The notes: generated from the letters alone by a model not told the origin. 50,834 nucleotides of DNA, filler included, from Catajapyx aquilonaris (GCA_000934665.2; 3 parts of 3 records of this genome joined end to end with filler, not necessarily neighbours in it), one strand, 5' to 3'. Positions 24,501 through 36,195 are shown, numbered from the whole stretch's first letter. Made by a program: numbers and translations.

Positions 24501-27500
24501 ACAGGGCGCCTTATGGAAGTATGGCGGTCCAGCCTTTCGAGTCTGCTATAACCGAGAGTCTGTTATAGCCAAGGTTGTTATATCAGGAGTCAACTGTATC
24601 TCTAACTTTTGTTATAAAAAAATCTAAATTACTTCATTATTTTAAAAACATACTGAGAGACAAATATTTAATTTTCATATTTGTCTTCAGTGATGAGGTT
24701 GAGGAATGCTTATTGTCTTACTGTAATACTTGGACTAATGCATTTTTTATTATTCGTATTTTTTGCAGGAGGCGCCTATTCAACGAGGTGTACTTGGTGA
24801 CTAATGCTGACAAGTAAGTAGAAAAATGATCTAGATGGAAAGAATTAAACTTTCCAAAAAATTTAAAATTTGCCCTCCTTCCATGGTGCTGTTCTATCCT
24901 TCTTTGCCTGCCTGTCCAGGTACAAGCATTTTGAGAGATGGGCCACTGCCTCAGACTTTCCTGTGGAGAATATAGTAAATGATGGGAGCACCAGTTGTGC
25001 GAACTGGGTTGGTTCTGTGGCCAATTTGGAGCTGACGCTACGCACGAAAAACATTCAGGATGCGGACATATTTGTCATATCAGGCGACATGATGACCACT
25101 TGCAACAACCTGGCCTTTGATCTCACGTATGTCGTTAATTTTTTCAAGCTCAAGGAGGATGGGAGTCTGGCTGTCTACTATAAGGCTGACAACCAGCAGC
25201 CAGACAATTTTGTCTCATTTGACCGAGGAATAGTTGAGCTGTGCCCAAATACTAACGAGTAAGTACTACTACTGCTGCTACAAGTCAAAGTTATGCATTT
25301 ATTTATGAGTATATTATTTGCTCATATTAATGACAATATTTTGATGTGTATTTTAACCTTAATGGGATGAGTGTCACACATATATGGTGTTCCAAGTTCA
25401 TGGGCCCTTTTATAGTAGTTATAGCTGTGGGAACTCTACTCCAGAGTACCAGCTATATTGGCAATACAGCTGATCACAGTTAGCATAGGCTGAAAAATGG
25501 TGGGATATTCCCTTTGGCAACACTTGACTGTCTGACAGATATACAGACACTACGGTGGGCAGAGAAAAATCTCCTATGTGAATAAGGTGTCAAGTTATAA
25601 TATTAAATATTATCTACACAGCTGGTTTACAGAGGTCGCCAGGGATAAGAGCCCTGGGTTCAAAGGGGTTACGGGGTCTGCTCAGAGGCATGTGTGGGAC
25701 TTGTTCCCCATCTTATTTCTCATTGCATTTCATTACTCAAAGTGAGCTTAATTTGGTTTGAAAGGTACATTGGCATATACGGTACACATACCTATGTTTT
25801 TGTAACTCATTTTCAGGATTCTACGTTTCCTGGAAAGTCCAACTAAGACCGATGCAAGGGGACATGCCAGCGTCATCCTGTATGGCCTACGCAAGACAAT
25901 ACTCCAGACTATACCCAAGTACCTGTCAGAGAAGAGCAATGGCTCATTTGACACTACAAATGACAAAACATGCACCCACTACTTGGAATGGCTGATAATG
26001 CATCAGAAGGCTCGCTTTTATGGTCTCAAGCTACCTTCATCTCCTCCAATTTCGCCCATGCCAGATATACAGAACCACAACAACAATGCTGTGATATGTG
26101 ACAAGAGCAACAACATCACTGCAAAGGCCTATGCCAGGGTGGGTTTGATGGGTAATCCTTCTGATGGCTTTTATGGGAAGACCATTTCCTTGTCAGTGGC
26201 CAATTTTTGGGCCACTGTCATCATATCGCCAAGCCACACCTTGAGGTTGATGCCCCATCCCCTGAATGACCCCACAGAGTTTGGTGGGCTGGGAGACTTG
26301 TTCAGAATAACCCAGAAGGATGGGTATCTTGGAGGACTGAGATTATTGCAGGCTGCCTGCAAGGTGTTCTACCAGTATTGCTCAAAGAAAGGGTATGTAT
26401 GAGTGTTGGAATGGAGAAACAGTGTCACAGTGTAACTTTGATGACAGGATGTGACCAAAATGTAGTAGGCTTACAAAAGTGGGATTTAACTTGCAGTGAT
26501 AATTTTCACCATGATGCAACATGCTGCCCATGGGTTGTAATATCACATTTTATAGGGATTTGGCAGTTACTGGGATCCCAGAGTACATGAGAATGCGTTC
26601 CTATATTATGGATCATGAACTGAGCAGGCCCTTCAGCAGTAGTTCGTTTTTTAGCTATCCTGCCAAGTACCCTTTCTACTTCCAGCTTGTAAAAGACATG
26701 GTCACATTTGCATAACAGATATTAAAAGAGAATTTGTGTAGTGGAGAGTTAAGTATTACTTATTACTATTACAATAATAGTGCTATTACTGTTACTTTTA
26801 TCATCCTAGGTTGAACCTTCCGCGCCAGAACTTCACTTTGAAGTATGATACAAACATCCCTCGCCAGGTGGGCCTGGCCGGGAGTAGTGCCATAGTGACA
26901 GCTACCCTAAAGTGCCTCATGGAGTTCTTTGGTCTGACAGAGAAGGAGATTCCCAAGGAAGTGCAGCCCCAGTTGATCCTGGATGCAGAGAAGGAGGAAC
27001 TGAGCATCAATGCAGGCCTGCAGGACAGGGTTGTACAGGTCGGGACAAATCGACCGGGGTTTTATGCACGTCTCACATGGCAATACATTGCCATGTGAGA
27101 AAAAACAGATGTTGTAAGTTCAGATTACTCCTGAATAGTCCATAATTTTGGTTCCAAGATCATGATTTTCTAAATTCTAAACATTCTTTTATATAGTGAA
27201 GGGGCTTCAGCAACAATTTATAAATACGTGGGTTGTGGAATAAATTATGGAACCGATTTGTTTTACAAACCTAAACACACAGTGGTGAAATTTATGGAGT
27301 GTTGCAGCCACTGCAAAATTTTATATGCTAATATTCTCATATAGGTGTTTTTAGTGGGATCATTTTCATGACTGGATTACCCCTTTAAAAATACCATTCA
27401 CACAATCTGTGTCCTTAGGATGGGCATGGGTAAGGAGCTGTAATTTTGCTCTTGCTTGCAGAGATGGCTTATGATTCACTTTCAGTATACCCATACTTGG

Positions 27501-30500
27501 TCTGGGTGTCCCGCTCCTGCTGTGACATTCTTTGCAGCTTGTTATTACAAATGAAGGCTATGCTGCACTGATTTTATCATGAGCCTAACCACTCCACTTT
27601 CAAGTGTACACCTGTTATGATTACAGTATTCCCCTTGTATCTGCGGGGGATAGGTTCCAAGCCCCCTCGTGGATTCTGAAAACCGTAGGTAATACTGAGC
27701 CTATATGATGTACATTTTTAAGCATATGTACCTATGGGCTATCTCTGCCTATGGTACAGTTTAATTTAAGACTCATACACATGAAGATATTAAAACAATA
27801 ACAGTAAAATGGAATAGTCCTAACAATACTCCAAAATTGTTATATGCACTCCAAACTGACAAGGGGCATTTCCCAGGTGATAATTATGGATCTAGATGAC
27901 ACTTAACATGCTAATACAGGACAATGTATGATAACCAAAATGAAATATTTAGGACTGAGGCCCATATTTGCAAAAGTTATGACGTCTTAAAGTGCCAAAA
28001 ATAATACATTTTCATATACAATGGGATTACATTAGCGACCACATATTATGACATTGAAGTGTGTAATCAGTTTCTAGACTTTTTCTAATCTGAAAAAAGT
28101 CCTATAGCAGGGCTATGCAACTGGCGGACCGCGGTCCGGATCCAGACCGTGACCTTCAATGGCCCAGGAATGGTAAATACTGGACCTTGTCATAAACTAG
28201 TTGAACACCCCTGTCCTACAGAATGGCCCTGTTCATCTGTGGGCAGGTATCAAGGCCTAAACCACAAGAGATAGTGACAAACGGTTTTCATATTTGGATT
28301 GAGCATGACCAAAATGGGTTTCATGGTCAACTTCCGGTGACCCACCACTTCCTGTGATCCGAGTTCACTCTATTCGCACACGTCTACTTTACGGGCGGGT
28401 TCCCCCCAAAAAACACGGTCAGGAATACACGGAAACTAACTTCGTAATCCAATGATAACCCGCCTGTAAAGTTGACTTGTGCAGATAAAGTGAACCCGGA
28501 AAACCGGAAGTGGCGGGTCACCGGATGTTGACCATGAAAGCTATTTTGGTCACGCTTAATCCAAATATGAAAACTGTTTGTCATTATCTCTTGCTGTTTA
28601 GGCCTTGATACCTGTCCACAGACGGACAGATGAATGGACAGAGCAGTTCTGTAGGACTTTTTTTCAGATGAAAATAAGTCTAGAAACTGATTTGACCGCC
28701 GTTCTGTAGGACTTTTTTTCAGATGAGCAAAAGTCTAGAATCTGATTGTAGTCAGTTTCTACTCTCTTCAATGTCATTATATGTGGTCGCTAATGTAATC
28801 CCATTGTATTTTTTTTTAGATATATATATTTGGCACTTTAAGACGTCATAACTCTTGCAAATATGGGCCTCAGCCCTAAATATTTCATTTTTGGTTATCA
28901 TACAGGGTGCTCAAAAACTCGCGGAAAGTCGCCAGGTAGCCGGACAGGACTCGCAAAACTAATATAGGGATGTGGAAGTAGTTTTGGGCTAACTTGCATA
29001 GTTTTTGCGTACGACGCCTTCAAGATTTCGGCAGTTTCATGACGTCACATCCGCCTTGAGGCCCCCATTGCGTCATCATACTTGTTGTTGTGGCTGTTGC
29101 CATTGGCACTGATTATTGTTACGAATATTGTCAACTGTGATTGTTGAGAAATAAACAACGATTTCAGCTTGTATCTGTGGCCAGTCGACAATTGCCAGAC
29201 TGAAATCGTTGTTTATTTCTCAACAATCACAGTTGACAATATTCGCAACAATAATCAGTGCCAATACAAGATGTATGATGACGCAATGGGGGCCTCAAGG
29301 TGGATGTGACGTCATGAAACTGCCGAAATCTTGAAGGCGTCGTACGCAAAAACTATGCAAGTTAGCCCAAAACTACTTCCACATCCCTATATTAGTTTTG
29401 CAAGTCCTATCAGGCTACCTGGCAACTTTCCGCGAGTTTTTGAGCACCCTGTATGCATATGCCCAGGTCTGGACATAATAGCCGTCGCTGAATGTTTTTT
29501 TTTCGGAGGCGGCGGCGTTACCTGGCAACCCCGTCCGGCGGGCCAATTCAAACATCAGCCCATGGAGACTGCTTCCATTGTTGCCACTGTTTACAAATCG
29601 AACGAGTGACGCGGACGACCCAGCGACGGGTCTCTTCTGCTTGCGCACTCACTCACTCGATTTGTAAACAGTGGCAACAATGGAAGCAGTCTCCATGGGC
29701 TGATGTTTGAATCGGCCCGCCGGACGGGGTTGCCAGGTAACGCCGCCGCCGCCGCCTCCGCCGGAAAAAAAACATTCAGCGACGGCTATTATGTCCAGCA
29801 CTGTACAATCCAGCTGATCAGGTCAGCTCTGATATGAACCCATCATCACCTCCCTGCCTCAGGATAGGTCCTTTCTGGGCATGCGTTTGTACACATGTGC
29901 TTTTGTGTCCAGCCCACCCACTCACTCAGTCTCCAATTCTTTCCTGGGTGTGGAGACATTCACTGGATGAAAGGTATAAACACATTTTATGGGGAGTCTA
30001 CATATAAGCCATTCAATGAGAGAGAGGTTGCAGGGGTCTGAAGTGTTATTTTCTGAAATCTTTCTATTTCAATTTAAAATGCAAACATGAGATTTTGTTG
30101 AGAATATTCCATCTCAGGGGGAGATGAAGTGGCGCCGCGGTAACGCGCGCGCCCACGGATATGAAGGTCCCGGGTTCAATCCCCACCCGGGGTTCCCACC
30201 TTTATCCGTGCAGAGTTGGGCCATCTCTGGCTTCATTTCGGGTGGAAATTTCCTAAAGACTAATCCACCCGGGGGAGTTCACAAAATGACCACTCAACGA
30301 CAGCACACATGCACTTTGCACATCCCCTCCCACCTACCCTTGGAGTAAACTAACAAGATCCTTCTTAACACGCTCCAACAAATCCCAATGGTGGCAATCC
30401 ACACACACACACACACACACACACACNCCCCCCCAAATGAGTAAGTTGCTCCCTAAGTGGGGTAATGAAAAAGAAGGAAAGAAAAAGAAAAAAAATCTAT

Positions 30501-31520
30501 CTCAAGCATCAGATGACTTTTTTGTGAGTCGAACTGTCAGCTACTCGTATATCCAAGTATAACTTTGTATCAACGGTTAAAAAATATTTTTCTTTTCTTT
30601 CTTTTTCTTCTTTTTGAACCGTTGATACTTGCAACAACACCTCATAAGTTGCATTTTTTGTGTCCAGGTCTACAGTGTTTTAAAATATATGAATGACTTA
30701 TTTTCCAACCTATAAGTTTATATTATTAAAATGTCATATTCTCTAGAGAGCAATATTTTACATTAATTGAAAAAAAATAAATTATTTTGATGAGATGCAA
30801 TAGGGTAATATGATGAATAATATATTCAAGGTTAATTTCAAAGAGCCATTTTCTTTAAATGCGATGATCATTGTGGCCCATGACTATATCTCCAAGCATC
30901 CAGTGCTTTAGGTAGGCAGCAGGAGGCCCCTTTTTGGTGCATCCCTGAATGAGAATTGGGAACTGCTCTATCTCGTTACTGGGAATCATAAGCTCTCACT
31001 CGCTTGTCAGTTGCAAGAGAAATAGGATTGAAACCTTGTGGTTGTCTCATTTATGCAATATTGTCTTCAATTCTCCCTTCAGGTGTACGAGGGCCTCATT
31101 TACATGGATTTTGACCGTGATCTGATGGAGACACAGGGACATGGGCACTACGAACGCATGACTATTTCCCACCTTCCTCGCCTTTGGCTAGCATATGTTG
31201 GAGAGCCCAGTGACTCAGGCCTGATCCACAGTGATGTGAGTCAGAGGTGGGGCAGGGGTGACCCAGGCGTAAAGGAAGCAATGACAACATTTGCAACCTA
31301 TGCTGAGGAAGCCAGGAAAGCATTGGAGGTACAAGACTGGACTGGATTTGGGCACCTAATGGATGCCAACTTTGACTTGAGGAAGACTGTCTACAGGGTT
31401 GAGACCCTTGGGAGGAAAAGCCTGCGGATGGTGGATATAGGGAGGAAAGGTGGAGCATGGGTCAAGTTTCCTGGGAGTGGTGGGGCTGTGCTTGGTCTGT
31501 GCAAGGATGACGCCCACATG
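21598..31520 (+). CDS. Glucuronokinase (GHMP kinase) fused to an N-terminal nucleotidyltransferase-like domain (gkup-type); last short exon not located
   Basis: Phase-consistent exons 21598-21651, 22577-22677, 24769-24813, 24920-25258, 25817-26392, 26810-27038, 31083-31520. Motifs [63 protein letters not shown] loop [41 protein letters not shown]. Confidence 0.92.
23867..24088. mobile_element. hAT (Charlie-like) MITE
   Basis: CAGTGGTTCCCAACC ... GGTTGGGATCCACGG with perfect 8-bp TSD CTCTAGAG. Confidence 0.9.
24183..24596. mobile_element. pogo/Tigger-like MITE hosting a nested MITE
   Basis: TA|CAGTAGACTCCAGATATAAC ... GTTATATCAGGAGTCAACTG|TA with internal AGTCTGYTATA repeats. Confidence 0.8.
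24270..24480. mobile_element. CAGGGTG-type TA-targeting MITE (family G)
   Basis: TA|CAGGGTGTCTC...GAGACACCCTG|TA, imperfect arms of about 60 bp; relative at 35127-35336. Confidence 0.88.
27623..27710. mobile_element. Tigger/MER2-like left end (fragment)
   Basis: TA|CAGTATTCCCCTTGTATCTGCGGGGGATAGGTTCCAAGCCCCC resembles recalled Tigger-derived termini; no right end found. Confidence 0.5.
27927..28902. mobile_element. Long foldback element (about 975 bp)
   Basis: Arms TATGATAACCAAAATGAAATATTTAGG... / ...CCTAAATATTTCATTTTTGGTTATCATA pair through to about 28400/28465. Confidence 0.88.
28108..28213. mobile_element. hAT-type mini-element in the left arm of the foldback
   Basis: CAGGGCTATGCAACT / AGTTGAACACCCCTG; TSD TCCTATAG / TCCTACAG; the right arm retains the empty site. 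Confidence 0.8.
28903..29451. mobile_element. Near-perfect foldback MITE, TA TSD
   Basis: TA|CAGGGTGCTCAAAAACTCGCGGAAAG ... CTTTCCGCGAGTTTTTGAGCACCCTG|TA; arms about 250 bp, loop about 30 bp. Confidence 0.93.
29464..29803. mobile_element. Foldback MITE with Tc1-like end (family K)
   Basis: CTGGACATAATAGCCGTCGCTGAATG / CATTCAGCGACGGCTATTATGTCCAGCACTG|TA; arms about 135 bp. Confidence 0.88.
30117..30495 (+). mobile_element. tRNA-derived SINE with (CA)n and A-rich tail
   Basis: A box TGGCGCCGCGG, B box GGTTCAATCCC, A-rich tail, approximate TSD TCYATCTCA. Confidence 0.8.
30570..30625. mobile_element. 56-bp minimal TA-flanked TIR element
   Basis: TA|TCAACGGTTAAAAAA ... TTTTTGAACCGTTGA|TA. Confidence 0.6.
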
Positions 31521-32820
31521 GTCAGTTTTTTAAATTATCTTCTACAGTAAGAGGTATTGCACAGTGGATAAGTCAGATGTAGGATACTGATTTCAATCTC
31601 TACTATCAGTGGAAAATAATATAGAGCTCTCAGTTATTGAGTAAAAGAAGATGGTCATGGGGAAGATTTAGTGAAGTTTGAAGGGGCAGTTGGCACAAGT
31701 CTAGGTTCAATTTTCTAAACTTAATTAGAGATACTAACCAGAAGTTGGAAAATTACAGACACTTTTTTTTTAAACGAATGGGAGTTATACTGGCCACCTG
31801 CCAGAATATTATCAACAGTTTTAAATGAAAATAACTTTGTCATTAAAATTAAGGGCATAAACAGAGGGCACCACCACGTCTTTGCATTGCTGCAAATGTA
31901 GCCATTCACACATCGTGGCGCTGCAAACTGGGTGTCACGATCAAATATTATGTGGGGGCACGGCCATTGTGGCCTCGTGTGTTTTTGCCCTAATTGTCCA
32001 TCAAATACCCTGACTTGGTTGTACTGCTAGTCATTGCACTTGTACAGTGACATTATGAAATATAGCATCTGCAGGGTTACTAATAAGTGTACAAAAAGGG
32101 GTGTAGTTGTCTGGAGTAAATCTGGCAGTAGGGTGAGCAAGTAAAATTTGTTATCATTTATTCAAATGTGCAGATTTGAACTTTAGGAGGATCATATTTC
32201 ACGATCCTGTTACTGTGCATTTTGATTAACCCTTTGTCTCCCTTGGCCCATTTTGGTTGTATTACAATACAACCAAACAAAAGAATTTTGTTTAAATTCA
32301 CTGGTATAACCCGGATGGAAATTTCTTTCACCATAGCCTTAGGAAATGTTCATAGTTTCTATGTTCATGAGTGTAGTTATGCCACTCGCATGATATTTTT
32401 AATGGCACGACGTCATAGGCCAAAGGTCTCATTCATTGTAAACAAACTGAAACAAACACTTACTGCATGAATTTAAATACACACAGCTCCCTGCAGCATA
32501 TTTCCCAGAATGTGGACGTGCAGCTGAAAACCGTTTAAAAATTACCGAAATTCTGTGACTTACTTTTCGCTGGGGGGAAAATCAGAACGATCTGTGAAGG
32601 GTAAGCAAACTCCCTCACCGCCATTTCAGTCGTAAAAAGAGTCTGCGTTCCTAATTGGCCAACTGGACTGCTCTGAGCTCTGGGCGTTGCTCGCTTGCCA
32701 CCTGAGCCGCCTTTTGTTGCACCTGGCAGATCCCATTACTTCCTTTTAAACCGGACCTTTAAAATTGTTTAAACAGACACTTAGTGTTTTCATAATTCAT
32801 CAGAGAGACTGGGCAATGTA

Positions 32821-33685
32821 CAGGGTGTCCGTGAATTGGCCAGTCAGACCTGTACCCGTGACTCAATTGACACCTGAGGATCATGTTATGTAGAGGAGTC
32901 ATTATGTCTGGGCGGCCACATTACTGAGATAATTGATCATTTGCGATTTAGCAATTGGGCCTGGTCAGTGGTCACCCTGGGTCAGTCATCAGGGCACCCT
33001 TCGACCCTCCCTATTGCGTGTCAGTGTGTGCCATGCGACATGCAAGTTGCCAAATGGGATCGCTGCTTTTTAGACTGGTGATGCGATTTCGGGGGCTGAA
33101 GGTTTCCATACCTCCCAGGATACTTTGTACCAATTTGTACTTGTACTTTGAAGACAATTACAGTGGAGCATCGATTATCAGAACACCGATCAACCGAACG
33201 TTTTCGAGTCTGCAAAAAAGCAAATAAACTGCAAAAAAACACACTATATGGTTCCGCTAGTGCTGTGGTGCTGCAGATTAGCCACCAAAAAAAACCAGCC
33301 TTTTCTCTCAAGCAAAAGAAGTTGGCCTTTTTCCCCCCCTAAACTGTAGGACTACTTCATGTAAGGACAGTAAGGTATATGTAGGCCTACAGTATTTTTA
33401 AGACGTGCCTGTGACAGAAAATAACAGTTTTATGATTAATATCACTGTTTCTTAGTTTCATATTGCTCCTGTGACACCGGTACAATTTTTTTCCGTAAAT
33501 GATCGGTTATTCGAACAATCAGTTATCCGAACACCCCCTTGGCAGACTCTGTTCGGATAATCGATGCTTCACTGCATCTCAGTAATGAGGCTGCCCAGAC
33601 ATAATGAATCCTCTACATAACATGATCCTCTGGTATAAATTGAGCCACGGGTACTGGTCTGACTGGTCAATTCACTGACACCCTG
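32821..33685. mobile_element. CAGGGTG-type MITE with about 110-bp TIRs
   Basis: TA|CAGGGTGTCCGTGAATTGGCCAGTCAGACC ... GGTCTGACTGGTCAATTCACTGACACCCTG|TA. Confidence 0.88.
33161..33574. mobile_element. pogo/Tigger-like MITE (nested); second copy at 48257-48631
   Basis: CAGTGGAGCATCGATTATC ... GATAATCGATGCTTCACTG; interior matches the reverse complement of 48257-48631. Confidence 0.9.
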
Positions 33686-33786
33686 TAGAATTATCTTGGA
33701 TTTTTTAGAGGGGTGGAAGTGGAAGCCGCCTTTAAAAAACCACATAGATGTCGTAATAGGATGACATCACCGTCTTGTGCATAGTA

Positions 33787-33881
33787 CGAGGGAGGGTCAA
33801 AAAGTTATCTACCTAGGTATGAAGGACATGGCTTAGCGGCATAATTTTTTAATTAGAGGTACTTTCAACCCTTCTTGTACA
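33787..33881. mobile_element. Mariner-like terminus cut by gap
   Basis: TA|CGAGGGAGGGTCAAAAAGTT is typical of mariner ends. Confidence 0.5.
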
Positions 33882-33981
33882 NNNNNNNNNNNNNNNNNNN
33901 NNNNNNNNNNNNNNNNNNNNNNNNNTTAATTAATTAANNNNNNNNNNNNNNNNNNNNNNNNNNNNNNNNNNNNNNNNNNNN
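33882..33981. other. Assembly gap with TTAATTAATTAA linker
   Basis: N-run with central linker. Confidence 0.97.
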
Positions 33982-34169
33982 GACGGGTCTCTTCTGCCTG
34001 CGAACTCACTCACTCGATTTGTAAACAGTGGCAACAATGGAAGCGCTCTCCATGGGCCGATGTTTGAATTGGCCCACCGGACGGGGTTGCCAGGTAACGG
34101 TCTACAATATAAGCAGCTTAGGCTGAATCTGTCAATAACTAAAACGACAAAAAAGTTTGATCACCCTGT

Positions 34170-35125
34170 ATAGAGCCCTGTGTTTGACTCGAAACAACTC
34201 CCAGGCTAATTATTTTAAAAAAATAATGGTATGTATCATTAGAAAGCTCGTTTAAATCCACGTTACATACATGCGAGTTGGTTTCCTATCATCAGTCTCT
34301 AATTTTTTATCGTAAAAAGAAGGCGCAAAAGTGTCATTTTTTGACTAGTTGCCAACGTTACGCCTCGAAGTGAATTTTTTAATGCCACTTTCAGGAGGTC
34401 AAAAAAATCCACCTGTGAACCCTGGATCTTTGTCTATCTAATGATATATTTGAAACATTGAGATCGCCATTTCTGTAATCATAATTAATTAATTGCACAC
34501 CTCTGTTATCTCGGCTGTTTATAATCCGAATTACTTCGCGAATGTATCGACGGAAAGCCAGAAATGTGCGGGATAAGATTACATTGTGCTCTATTACACT
34601 AAAAATTTTAAAAGTATTGTTTTAGTAGGTTTAATAGAAAAGGACCCAGCCCGCTTTCTGGCGGGAATAGACGGCGATACTTTTAAATACTTTTAAAAAT
34701 TTTAGTGCAATAGAGCACATTGTAATCCTATCACGCACATTTCTGGCTTGCCGTCGATACATTCGCGAAGTAATTCAGATTATAAACAGCCGAGATAACA
34801 GGTGTGCAATTTACTTAATTATGATTACAGAAAGGGCGATCTCAATGGTTCAAATATTTCATTAGATAGACAATGATGTGCACTATTCAGGGTTCACAGG
34901 GGGATTTTTTTGGCCTCCTGAAAGTGTCACAAGAATTCACTTTGCGGTGTAATGCCGGCAACTAGTCAAAAAATGACACTTTTCCGCCTTCTTTTTACGA
35001 TAAAAATTCGAGACTGACGATAGGAAAACAACTCGCATATATGTAACGTGGATTTAAACGAGCTTTCTAACGATACATACCATTATTTGCGTGGGAGTTG
35101 TTTAGAGTCAAACACAGGGCTCTAT
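34170..35125. mobile_element. Long foldback element (about 955 bp)
   Basis: ATAGAGCCCTGTGTTTGACTC ... GAGTCAAACACAGGGCTCTAT; arms about 450 bp, loop about 55 bp. Confidence 0.9.
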
Positions 35126-35126
35126 G

Positions 35127-35336
35127 CAGGGTCTCTCAACTTTTTTGTCCGAACAGTTATCGGAAAAGCCTATGTATCTTCTACCTATGTAGCCAGAATA
35201 TGCCCCAACATTCCTGGCACATCCCTCAACTGATAAAGCCAGGGAAGCATCACTGGTTGCAAGTCACTGCTAAAAAATAAGCAGCTTAGTGCAATATTTC
35301 CGATAATTGTTCGGACAAAAAAGTTGAGACACCCTG
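35127..35336. mobile_element. Family G MITE, second copy
   Basis: CAGGGTCTCTCAACTTTTTTGTCCGAAC ... GTTCGGACAAAAAAGTTGAGACACCCTG|TA. Confidence 0.85.
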
Positions 35337-35503
35337 TATTAAATAAACGGATAGTAGTGAAGCATTTAAAAAATTATCCGCAGCATTTGTTTTATTGCGT
35401 GAAACACCTTTTCGTTAGCCTTTTAAAGTGATGAACCCAAAGCATGCAAATTGTGTAAACAAGCACATGCAAATTTGAATTCCAGTAAGTAAGTGGGAGT
35501 AAA

Positions 35504-35806
35504 TGAGGGAGGCATGGTGGTCTAGTGGTTACGCCACTGGCCAGCCAAGCGGGAGGCCAGGTTCAAATCCCGTCCCCGTCACCTCTGCTTGGCCTGGTCT
35601 TTTTCCCATTTTCACCCGACATGCCGGAGCAGAATTGCACTCCCTACTCTGCCCAGGGCCAGCAGAAAAGGTCTGGTGTATTTCACAAAGTCAGAAATGA
35701 CTAAAATTACAGCACCCTCCCTTGGGAACCTCCCCTTCCTCCCTAACAGGGCTCCGCCCTATCACAGGGTATTTTTAAAAAATAATAAAAATAAAAATAA
35801 AAATAT
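35504..35806 (+). mobile_element. tRNA-derived SINE
   Basis: A box TGGTCTAGTGG, B box GGTTCAAATCC, (AAAAAT)n tail, flanked by AGTGGGAGTAA repeats. Confidence 0.85.
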
Positions 35807-35817
35807 AGTGGGAGTAA

Positions 35818-36097
35818 TAATTCATACCCCATTATCAGCCATCGGCTCTTTAGGGGGGAAGTTTGTTTTGCCTGGAACTCTTTGCTTTCATTTTACTGTG
35901 CTCTTTGGGATATAGGATAGGGACGGAAGGAAGCGGCTGTGGCCTATTAATTACGGAAACAACTCCGGAATTTTCCTGGAAGGACCGTGGGAAACCACAG
36001 AAAACCACAGTCAGAGTTGCCGGCCCCGGGATTCGAACCCAGGACCTCCCGATTAGCAGTCGGACGCCTTATCCACTATGCCAACCTGCTTCGGTAA
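35818..36097 (-). mobile_element. tRNA-derived SINE with conserved central domain
   Basis: Head TTGGCATAGTGGATAAGGCGTCCGACTGCTAATCGGGAGGTCCTGGGTTCGAATCCC; body GGTTTTCTGTGGTTTCCC...CCAGGAAAATTCCGG...AGGCCACAGCCGCTTCCTTCC resembles the recalled Nin/Deu-type invertebrate SINE domain. Confidence 0.85.
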
Positions 36098-36195
36098 TAT
36101 AAAGTGGGAGTAAATATAGGCAAATCCATCAATCCTTGGAACTATAATAAACCTTCCACAATTTTAAAAAACCAGTTTTTTAGTCTCTTTATTAA

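Noticed and set aside
33709..33784. Candidate last glucuronokinase exon (VEVEAAFKK)
   Set aside because: Neither nearby AG gives the required phase 0 for that frame.
36020..36095. tRNA-Ser(GCT) gene
   Set aside because: No acceptor stem or long variable arm, and it continues into a SINE body.
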